From Macrostomum lignano (taxonomy: Eukaryota), in NCBI GenBank assembly GCA_002269645.1, contig NIVC01000142.1:248001-312000 (forward strand): 64,000 nucleotides of DNA. Reading direction: 5' to 3'. Under the pieces are notes generated by a model. The model searched no databases. It was not told the DNA's origin and was given only the letters and a program-made list of their open reading frames with translations. The position numbers were made by a program, and so were the translations under genes. Positions within the stretch are counted from its first letter, which is position 1. Every line of letters starts with the position of its first letter. Positions 1 to 12,000 of the stretch are shown piece by piece.

Positions 1-3000
1 GGCATATCAGACCTGAGGGTCGCCCAGCTCTGCAGCTTGACCTGCTTGTACCAGACGGCGTAGTTCAGCTCCCGACCACCGTCGTAACCTGGCATCCAGC
101 TGAGATGCGCGCTGAACGGGTCGGTGACCACCGTCAGGTTGTACGGCGGCCTCTCTGGCCGAGCTTCAACCAGCAGCTGGGACTCGGCGAAGAGCTGCGC
201 CAAGCTGTTGTTCACCAGGCACTGGTACCTGCCGGAGTCCGTCAGCCGCAGACGGCGGATTGTCAGCGCGTTCGGCAGTCGCTGAATTCGTCTATTGGGG
301 TCGTCGGTGAAGTCGTCGTCTGGGAGCTGCAGCGGGTCGGCGTCTTTGAACCAGAGCACCTCGGCGCCGATGCCCAGGCTGTCCAGGTTGCAGAACAGGC
401 TGGCCTCGCCGCCAACCAGCTGCTGGATGACCGTCTGCGGCCGCTCCCGCATGTACGGCAGGCCTGGGGGGAGACGAAACACTGCACCGTCACTGTGACT
501 CCCTCTGCACCGTCACTGTGACTCCCTCTGCACCGTCACTGTGACTCACTCTGCACCGTCACTGTGACTCACTCTGCACCGTCACTGTGACTCACTCTGC
601 ACCGGTACTGTGACTCACTCTGCACCGTCACTGTGACTCACTCTGCACCGTCACTGTGACTCACTCTGCACCGTCACTGTGACTCACTCTGCACCGTCAC
701 TGTGACTCACTCTGCACCGGTACTGTGACTCACTCTGCACCGTCACTGTGACTCACTCTGCACCGTCACTGTGACTCACTCTGCACCGTCACTGTGACTC
801 ACTCTGCACCGTCACTGTGACTCACTCTGCACCGTCACTGTGACTCACTCTGCACCGTCACTGTGACTCACTCTGCACCGTCACTGTGACTCACTCTGCA
901 CCGTCACTGTGACTCACTCTGCACCGTCACTGTGACTCACTCTGCACCGTCACTGTGACTCCCTCTGCACCGTCACTGTGACTCACTCTGCACCGTCACT
1001 GTGACTCACTCTGCACCGTCACTGTGACTCACTCTGCACCGTCACTGTGACTCACTCTGCACCGTCACTGTGACTCACTCTGCACCGTCACTGTGACTCA
1101 CTCTGCACCGTCACTGTGACTCACTCTGCACCGTCACTGTGACTCACTCTGAACCGTCACTGTGACTCACTCTGCACCGGTACTGTGACTCACTCTGCAC
1201 CGTCACTGTGACTCACTCTGCACCGTCACTGTGACTCACTCTGCACCGTCACTGTGACTCACTCTGCACCGTCACTGTGACTCACTCTGAACCGTCACTG
1301 TGACTCACTCTGCACCGGTACTGTGACTCACTCTGCACCGTCACTGTGACTCACTCTGCACCGTCACTGTGACTCACTCTGCACCGTCACTGTGACTCAC
1401 TCTGCACCGTCACTGTGACTCACTCTGCACCGTCACTGTGACTCACTCTGAACCGTCACTGTGACTCACTCTGCACCGGTACTGTGACTCACTCTGCACC
1501 GTCACTGTGACTCACTCTGCACCGTCACTGTGACTCACTCTGCACCGTCACTGTGACTCACTCTGCACCGGTACTGTGACTCACTCTGCACCGTCACTGT
1601 GACTCACTCTGCACCGTCACTGTGACTCACTCTGCACCGTCACTGTGACTCACTCTGCACCGGTACTGTGACTCACTCTGCACCGGTACTGTGACTCACT
1701 CTGCACCGTCACTGTGACTCACTCTGAACCGTCACTGTGACTCACTCTGCACCGGTACTGTGACTCACTCTGCACCGTCACTGTGACTCACTCTGCACCG
1801 TCACTGTGACTCACTCTGCACCGTCACTGTGACTCACTCTGCACCGGTACTGTGACTCACTCTGCACCGTCACTGTGACTCACTCTGCACCGTCACTGTG
1901 ACTCACTCTGCACCGTCACTGTGACTCACTCTGCACCGGTACTGTGACTCACTCTGCACCGGTACTGTGACTCACTCTGCACCGTCACTGTGACTCACTC
2001 TGCACCGGTACTGTGACTCACTCTGCACCGTCACTGTGACTCACTCTGCACCGGTACTGTGACTCACTCTGCACCGGTACTGTGACTCACTCTGCACCGT
2101 CACTGTGACTCACTCTGCACCGGTACTGTGACTCACTCTGCACCGTCACTGTGACTCACTCTGCACCGTCACTGTGACTCACTCTGCACCGTCACTGTGA
2201 CTCACTCTGCACCGTCACTGTGACTCACTCTGCACCGTCACTGTGACTCACTCTGCACCGGTACTGTGACTCACTCTGCACTGTCACTGTGACTCACTCT
2301 GCACCGGTACTGTGACTCACTCTGCACCGTCACTGTGACTCACTCTGCACCGGTACTGTGACTCACTCTGCACCGTCACTGTGACTCACTCTGCACCGTC
2401 ACTGTGACTCACTCTGCACCGTCACTGTGACTCACTCTGCACCGTCACTGTGACTCACTCTGCACCGTCACTGTGACTCACTCTGCACCAGCACCCGGAT
2501 GTCGTGGCTCCAGTCGCCCCAGCCGAGCAGGTTGAGGCAGCGGCATTTCCACACGCCAGCGTGTCCGGGCCGCACGGAATCGATTTGCACCTGCGGCTCG
2601 GACGTGCCGCCAGCGGACGAATAGTTGTGGGTCCAGACAACCTCGGACACTGGCGGGTTGGCCAGCACTGGGCAGTTAATCCGGCCAGGCTGCCCCACGG
2701 CTAGGAACTGAGTCCTCTGCTCTGAGCCTTCGAACAAAGGCGGATAAATGACATCAACATAGGCGCTGGCGTGCGGCGGGTTGCTACGGCCGTTGCTAGG
2801 GACGCAACGGTACCAGCCGGTGTCGTGCCGCATCAGGGTCGGTATGACCAGGGTGCCGTTGTCGATGTAGTAGCGGTGGCGCAGGGCTCCGAGCAGGCGG
2901 AGGTCCCGGCCGGACCGGTACCAGGTGTAGCTGATGTTGCCCGGGTGTCCGGTGGCCGAGCAGGTCAGCTCGAGTCTCTGGCCGACCTTCTTTGTCACGT

Positions 3001-6000
3001 TGGCCGGGGACACTTGAATATAGACTCCGCCTGGAGAGGATTAAAGATTTGGGGGCTATTGTTGCTGGGGTCTTTCTAGAGCCGAAAATGAGATCAAGGT
3101 GCCAAGTTTAGAAGCTACCAGTTATCCCTAGATGTTAGCTCCACATCCGTAGATTTTAGCGCCACATAATCCTTAGATTTTAGCGCCACATCATCCTTAG
3201 ATTTTAGCGCCACATCATCCTTAGATTTTAGCGCATGCCATCCTTAGATGTTCTAGCGCCACATCATCCTTAGATTTTAGCGCCACTTTACTCACCCTCG
3301 ATGAGCAGGGTCACGTGAGCTCGATCCGTCCCGAACTTGTTGCTAGCCTGGCACTCGAACAAGCCGCCATGTTGAAAACCCACCGATGCGATGCTCAGCT
3401 GCCCGGAGGCCGTCACCTGGATGTCGCTGCCGCCGTCGTCTTCGTGGATGGTGTGAGCAACGTCGGGTCGGAGCCGACGCCCGTTGTGCAGCCAGGCGAC
3501 GTCCGGCTGTGGGCGGCCGCGGGCCCGGCAGCTCAGCGTCAGGCTGGAGTGCGGCCGCCGGACAATCGCCGCAGGGAGCTGCGTGAGGATTTTCGGCCTC
3601 TCTGCGGATCGGTGGAAGGGATGTACTGGGAATGTACTAGGTATGTACTGGGAATGTGCAGGGTGTGTACTGGGGATGTACTAGGGATGTACTGGGAATG
3701 TACTGGGAATGTACTAGGTATGTACTGGGAATGTGCAGGGTGTGTACTGGGGATGTACTAGGGATGTACTGGGAATGTACTGGGAATGTACTAGGTATGT
3801 ACTGGGAATGTGCAGGGTGTGTACTGATGATGTACTAGGGATGTACTGGGAATGTACTGGGAATGTACTAGGTATGTACTGGGAATGTGCAGGGAATGTG
3901 CAGGGTATGTACTGGGGATGTACTGGGAATGTGCAGGGTATGTACTGGGGATGTACTAGGAATGTACTGAGGATGTACTGGGGATTTACTAGGAATGTAG
4001 TGGGATGTACTGGGGATGTACTGGGGATGTACTGGGAATGTACTGGGAATGTACTGGGGATGTACTGGGGATGTACTGGGGATGTACTGGGGATGTACTA
4101 GGAATGTACTGGGGATGTACTGGGAATGTAGTGGGGAATGTACTGGGAATGTACGAGGGATGTACTGGGGATGTACTGGGGATGTACTGGGAATGTACTG
4201 GGAATGTACTGGGGATGTACTGGGGATGTACTGGGGATGTACTGGGAATGTGCAGGGTATGTACCGCGGATAAGACACTGCTGTGTGCATCCACTAAGCT
4301 GGGAGTGGAGCATCAGAAATTGAATATTTGAACTTCAATTGAAGCGTAAAGCTTTGGCACTTTGGCACTAGGCGCAGCAATGCTGTACACAGGCACGCAC
4401 TCATACACAGCTCACACAGGGTGTACAGCAGCCCTGACTTTCTAATCATCAGGCATGTACACTGTCTGTGCCTTTGGGGTCGGCACTCATGGGTGTGAAT
4501 CGCCCTACCAGCTCCAAATGAATGCGTTTGCGAACGGAATCGAACTAAGGGTCGTGTCATTGGCTCCGAGTCCATAGCTGACACAGTCACCACCAACTCA
4601 CACACAATGGCAGAAAATATCCCAACTATTCTACACTCAGCCAATCTGCTCAGAAAATGCACCAGAAAAAACCTGCACGAATCATTGAGTGAAAGTGAAT
4701 TTACGGAATAGCCAAGTCTGTGTGAATGAATTGCCAATAAGCTTTGGTCCAGTTGGTGGCTAACTTCATTGAAACAATGGCTCATCAGTCTGTGAATTGC
4801 AGTTGGAGGGCACAGATGACTGGGCAGGAACTCCTTGATTGAAGATCAGAGTTAGAGCCATTGTGTTTTAATCACGGATTGCTGCTGAGAAAGCAGTTAT
4901 GCTATCTGCCTGCTGATTCTGGGAACATTAAGAGCTGGCGGCTTCACCGACAGAGAGTGACAGAATGAGGGACAGTCACTGACAGACAGTGACAGAATGA
5001 GGGACAGTCACTAACAGACAGTGACCGATTGAGGGACAGTCACTGACAAAGAGTGACCGAATGAGGGACAGTCACTGACAAAGAGTGACCGAATGAGGGA
5101 CAGTTACTGACAAAGAGTGACCGAATGAGGGACAGTTACTGACAAAGAGTGACAGAAAGAGGGAGTCACTAACAGACAGTGACAGAATGAGGGACAGTCA
5201 CTGACAAAGAGTGACCGAATGAAGGACAGTTACTGACAAAGAGTGACCGAATGAGGGACAGTTACTGACAAAGAGTGACAGAAAGAGGGAGTCACTAACA
5301 GACAGTGACAGAATGGGGAACAATCACTGACAAAAAGTGACAGAATGGGGAACAGTCACTGACAGACAGTGACAGAATGGGGAACAGTCACTGACAGACA
5401 GTGACAGAATGGGGAACAGTCACTGACAAAGAGTGAAAAAATGGGGGACAGTCACTGACAGACAGTGACAGAATGGGGAACAGTCACTGACAAAGAGTGA
5501 AAAAATGGGGGACAGTCACTGACAGACAGTGACAGAATGCGGGATAGTCACTGACAAAGAGTGACAAAATGGGGGACAGTCACTGACAGACAGTGACAGA
5601 ATGCCTGACAGACAGTGACAGAATGCGGATGTGGCAGTCGCTCCAGCTGGCTAAAAATAGAGTGAAGTTTTACGAAGCCATTCAGAAAGCAGCCAGAGAT
5701 TTTGCAAGTCTCAAAGAAATGGACAGCAGCTCTCAAGAGCCATCTATTCTTGAAGCATTTTGCCTGCGGCGGCAACGAAAAGAAGAGGCCGCCAATTCAC
5801 GGGATTTTCAAACAGCTCGAAGCAGCAGCCACTTGACATGCTCTTGACTTTGAGTTTCTCCCAGTTGCTGTGCTGTGCTTGTCGAAGCGTGAAGCACTCC
5901 CTAACCTTCTAAACACCAGCCCTGCCAGCTCCAGACGGCACTCACCGAAGTCCACTCCATCGCTGTAATTCACGCAGCCAGCAAGCAGCAAAAGAAACTG

Positions 6001-9000
6001 CAGCCTCCTAAACAACTTCATCAAGATTGCAGCTGTCAGTCGCGAGTTCGCAGTGTTTTAAAAAGCAAATTGAGAAAGGAATCTGCAGGGCTTTGGTTTC
6101 CTCAGCGTTGAGAACTGCGACTCAACCGCCTACTAAATGCAGTCTAGCGCACAATTGTCCGGCTCCCCGCTGAGGGACAGATGATGATGGAGAATAGGAA
6201 GCTGGGGAGGCGGCAGGAAGCCAGGTGGGGTCCCTCTGCAGGTCAGCAGCTGACTGATTTGAGCTGCACCTCTGGGCCAATTGGGATTCTGGCTGGCCAT
6301 CCCTAATCCTGAAGTGCCCCACCCCTTCAACCTGTCCAGCCCTCAGCTTCTTCCTTTTTATACTCGGCTCAATAAGTGTGTGTGCAGACAAAAAACTTTT
6401 TCACGCGGTAGCCAGCTTCACACCTTTACTGTCGGAGCCGGGTGCCGAAGCCATGCGAGAAAATAATTTATAACAGCAAGAACACGCCAGTTTAATTTTA
6501 ACAAAAATTTTCCTATATAGTTCTGATGGACACAGCCTGGGCTATCAATCAGATGGCTTCACTTGATTGCATTTTAATAGACTCGAATTGGGACTGGGCC
6601 GCCGTTTTAAATTAATCTTCCTCTCTTGCTATCGAGCCAACCTTTGACAGGTTGTTGGCGTAAAGTGCATTTGCAATGCAGTTAGAGTTAAGAGCTCAGA
6701 AGGTCAAAGTGTACATTCTAAATGGAACATAATGTCGGGCGTAATTTCTAAATGGAACAGCAGGTGGGGTGTACATTCTAAATGGAACAGCAGGTGGGAT
6801 GTACATTCTAAATGGAACAGCAGGTGGGATGTACATTCTAAATGGAACAGCAGGTGGGATGTACATTCTAAATGGAACAGCAGGTGGGATGTACATTCTA
6901 AATGGAACAGCAGGTGGGATGTACATTCTAAATGGAACAGCAGGTGGGATGTACATTCTAAATGGAACAGCAGGTGGGATGTACATTCTAAATGGAACAG
7001 CAGGTAGGGTGTACATTCTAAATGGAACAGCAGGTAGGGTGTACATTCTAAATGGAACAGCAGGTGGGGTGTACATTCTAAATGGAACAGCAGTTGGGGT
7101 GTACATTCTAAATGGAACAGCAGGTGGGATGTACATTCTAAATGGAACAGCAGGTGGGATGTACATTCTAAATGGAACAGCAGTTGGGGTGTACATTCTA
7201 AATGGAACAGCAGGTGGGATGTACATTCTAAATGGAACAGCAGGTGGGGTGTACATTCTAAATGGAACAGCAGTTGGGGTGTACATTCTAAATGGAACAG
7301 AAGGTGGGGTGTACATTCTAAATGGAACAGCAGGTGGGATGTACATTCTAAATGGAACAGCAGGTGGGGTGTACATTCTAAATGGAACAGCAGTTGGGGT
7401 GTACATTCTAAATGGAACAGCAGGTGGGGTGTACATTCTAAATGGAACAGCAGGTGGGATGTACATTCTAAATGGAACAGCAGGTGGGGTGTACATTCTA
7501 AATGGAACAGCAGTTGGGGTGTACATTCTAAATGGAACAGCAGGTGGGGTGTACATTCTAAATGGAACAGCAGGTGGGGTGTACATTCTAAATGGAACAG
7601 CAGTTCGGGTGTACATTCTAAATGGAACAGCAGGTGGGGTGTACATTCTAAACGGAAAAGCAGGTGGGTGTACATTCCTAACAGATGAAAAAGCCATCCG
7701 CAAAGTCCGTACTCAGATTTGCGAGCCCAGTTTCTGATTGACAGCTTGACCAGCCTAGCAGCAGCAGCAGCAGCGGTCCTCTATCTATCTGTTTATTCAT
7801 ATCTTGCCGACTCCTCATATTCATATCTCAAGCTGATCCATCCTGGGCAAATGAAATTTCCAGTTCCTGGGGACAGCGGGGAAGTTTCTCGATGTCTGCT
7901 TCTCGGCTCCATCAGTTCATATCTTCCTGTGCAGTTGCAAGTGCAGCAAAAGAGCTCAGCGTGAGCAGTCGGATGACCATTTAAATCAATCATCGCCCCG
8001 GTCGCTTCTGGCCCACTGCTGCCACCGAAGCGCCAGGATTGACGGAATTGCAAAAGATGTCAATATAAGTATTATAAATATATATGTACGTATGTATATA
8101 TGTATATGTTTATCCATGCATTTTTGTGGAGCAGAAAATTTAGTACGCTCGTATACACATGCTAATACTAATACCTTTTCACTTCACTGCATGAAGACAG
8201 AGCTAAAGAATTAATATTATCTATAGTAGTTTTCGTGTCTGTATAAATTGTGTTCGAAGAATCTCATTTTTAGATATAAAAAATTTCGTGACTGCAACTA
8301 TGATTCTCGTGAGGTGGATGCAATGTACATTACCAGGGAAGAGAGTAAATCGATATTATCATGAGGTGTATGCAATGTACATTACCGGGGAAGAGAGTAA
8401 ATCGATATTATCGTGAGGTGGATGCAATGTACATTTCCGGGGAAGAGAGTAAATCGATATTATCGTGAGGTGGATGCAATGTACATTACCGGGGAAGAGA
8501 GTAAATCGATATTATCGTGAGATAGGCGCAATGTACTTTATCACGAAGTGAATGCATTGTACATTATCACGACGCTTTGGTATGTGTAGCTTTGTTTTCG
8601 CAGATGAAGTTTACATTTTAGTCGGCCGAACGCTAACAAAAATACACTTTCAAATGCGGTCAATTTTTAGCGAGTTCGTGACAAGTGCCTGCCATGTGAC
8701 TCCATTCGAATCGCGTAATTAATCAAGTCTAATTCAATCAGGACTAGACGGCCTAGAACTTTAGAGAAATTGTTATCCAGACCTTGCGTACAAAGCCAGC
8801 TCTCTCCTCGGTTGCCAAGCCGCAAAATTACCAGAACGTTCCGGGGAACTTTTAGCGGCCCCGAAAAAGATTACTATAGTAGCTTAACTAACTGGCAAAC
8901 AGGACAGGACAGCCGGGCCTCAAAGGAGGGAGCCTCCGCTTCACGCTTGAGCGCCAACGCGGGGGTTCTCAGGCTTCGGGTCATGCGTTCGAGCTGGATT

Positions 9001-12000
9001 TTGCTTCAACAGAGAGCTCTCTTGTGACGACCCTCTGAACAACACTGACAAGTCTTTTATAGTTCCTCAGTGCAGCCCACAGCTCTGCTCTGGCCTACTA
9101 AAAGGCAATTCAAGTGCATTTGAACTAATGCGCTTTTCTGAGACTGGGCTGTTTAAAACAATTTCTATTGCTGTTATTGATCGACTGTCATGGGAAATCC
9201 TGTTTGGGAAATCCTGTTCGGGAAATCCTGTCTGGGAGATCCTGTCTGGGAAATCCTGTCTGGGAAATCCTGTCTGGGAAATCTTGTCTGGGAAATCCTG
9301 TCTGGGAAATCCTGTCTGCGAAATCTTGTTCGGAAATCCTGTCTAGGAAATCTTGTTCGGGAAATAATGTCTGGGAAATACTTCCTAGGAAATCCCGACC
9401 GGGAAATCCTGTCTGGGAAATCCTGTCTGGAAAATCCTGTCTGGAAAATCCTGTCTGGGAAATGCTGTTTGGGAAATCCTGTCTGGGAAATGCTGTTTGG
9501 GAAATCCTGTCTGGGAAATCCTGTCTGGGAAATCCTGTCTGGGAAATCCTGTCTGGGAAATCCTGTCTGGGAAATCCTGTCTGGGAAATCCTGTCTGGGA
9601 AATCCTGTCTGGGAAATCCTGTCTGGGAAATCCTGTCTGGGAAATCCTGTCTGGGAAATCCTGTCTGGGAAATCCTGTCTGGGAAATCCTGTCTGGGAAA
9701 TCCTGTCTGGGAAATCCTGTCTGGGAAATCCTGTCTGGGAAATCCTGTCTGGGAAATCCTGTCTGGGAAATCCTGTCTGGGAAATCCTGTCTGGGAAATC
9801 CTGTCTGGGAAATCCTGTCTGGGAAATCCTGTCTGGGAAATCCTGTCTGGGAAATCCTGTCTGGGAAATCCTGTCTGGGAAATCCTGTCTGGGAAATCCT
9901 GTCTGGGAAATCCTGTCTGGGAAATCCTGTCTGGGAAATCCCAACTGAGAAATCAGTCCGCTTATACCAGATCCCGTCTGAAACTGTTACTGCGCCCAGG
10001 TTTCTGCAAAGAAGATTAATGCGAGCCTGCGGCTTTCTTTTTGAGGGACTTTATTATCAGATTAACGAGGCTATTTCTTTCTATTCACCGCAGGAATCAT
10101 GATTTTTTCTTGAGAGAATATTCCCTAATCCTCGCTTTATGATTTCATATTTTAAGCTGCTCTAATTGTGAGCGCTGATAAATGAGTCGAATAAAACGAT
10201 TCACCATCTCGGACTAGAACGGGGAGAGGGAAGGACTTTGTGGATCCCGTGACTCCATTGGGCAGTGGCGTACGCAGAAAATTGTATTTGGGATTGGGGG
10301 GTCCGAGCCTCAGGGGCGCCAATAAATTTGTGTCTTGTAGTGGGAGCCCCTGTTTTTTAGGTTGACAGCCCTGTCTTTTAGGTTGGCAGCCCCTGTCTTT
10401 TAGGTGGCCGCCCCTGTCTCTTAGGTGGCCGGCCCTGTCTCTTAGGTGGCCGCCCCTGTCTCTTAGGTGGCCGCCCCTGTCTCTTAGGTGGCAGCCCCTG
10501 TCTCTTAGGTGGCCGCCCCTGTCTCTTAGGTGGCCGGCCCTGTCTCTTAGGTGGCCGCCCCTGTCTCTTAGGTGGCAGCCCCTGTCTCTTAGGTGGCCGC
10601 CCCTGTCTCTTAGGTGGCCGCCCCTGTCTCTTAGGTGGCCGGCCCTGTCTCTTAGGTGGCCGCCCCTGTCTCTTAGGTGGCCGCCCCTGTCTCTTAGGTG
10701 GCCGCCCCTGTCTCTTAGGTGGCCGCCCCTGTCTCTTAGGTGGCCGGCCCTGTCTCTTAGGTGGCCGGCCCTGTCTCTTAATTGGGCGTCCCCGTAAAAT
10801 AGCTACTTTGTTTTATTTACAATTAGAAAGCTCAAAATAGGTGAGATATTGTGAATTGAGAGCAAAATAATACTGTAAACTTCTTATATCCCGCAAATGC
10901 ATTTTGTGGCGAGAAAAAGCCTTCAAAGTGAAATAAGCAAGATCCTGTTATACTTTAGCTGCCCATGATTGGAATTTACATGACCGCGCCGAGCACCCGA
11001 TGTGGCGACACCCTCCAACCCTTTGGGAGGCGCTCTCAGCGCTCTCGAGAGTGAGCAGTGCGCGGTCACAATGCTGAGATTGATTGGGTGGGGAGCCACC
11101 TCCCCCCGGATCTCCTCAAACTTATCCGAGCCACCACTTCTCCCCTAAACGCCCCGAGAGTTCTTCCCTTCGATCCAGCCAGCACGCCAAGGGTCGGGCA
11201 AGGAGGAGCTCGCGCGATAAAAAATAACCAGTGTGTTCCTTCTTATCCCTTTTTTAAAGACTTTAAAGACTTCTCTCTTTTTTGCAGTTTTTTTCTCTAT
11301 ACGACCTCCAGGAGGAGCAGCCGGGGGGTCTCACTGGCGATAATTGAAGAAATGCTGGTTCCCTATAGATAACATAATGCGATAGACAAATTTTGGCGGT
11401 TACGTATGAACTGCAAATGCACCTGGTAGGGTTTTTAATTTAAAAAAATACATAATGGCAACTAATGCTTCGTCAGTCAGCCATTACATTTTTATCGGGT
11501 TGGAAAATAATACTCCCGAGTTGTTCAAGAGAATCACTCTTTAGAGAGTTGAAATCCATGAGAATCACTCATTAGAGAGTTGAAATCCATGAGAATCACT
11601 CTTTAGAGAGTTGAAATCCATGAGAATCACTCTTTAGAGAGTTGAAATCCATGAGAATCACTCATTAGAGAGTTGAAATCCATGAGAATCACTCTTTAGA
11701 GAGTTGAAATCCATGAGAATCACTCTTTAGAGAGTTGAAATCCATGAGAATCACTCTTTAGAGAGTTGAAATCCATGAGAATCACTCTTTAGAGAGTTGA
11801 AATCCATGAGAATCACTCTTTAGAGAGTGGAAATCCATGAGAATCCCTCTTTAGAGAGTTGAAATCCATGAGAATCACTCTTTAGAGAGTTGAAATCCAT
11901 GAGAATCACTCTTTAAAGAGTTGAAATCCATGAGAATCACTCTTTAGAGAGTTGAAATCCATGAGAATCACTCTTTAGAGAGTTGAAATCCATGAGAATC

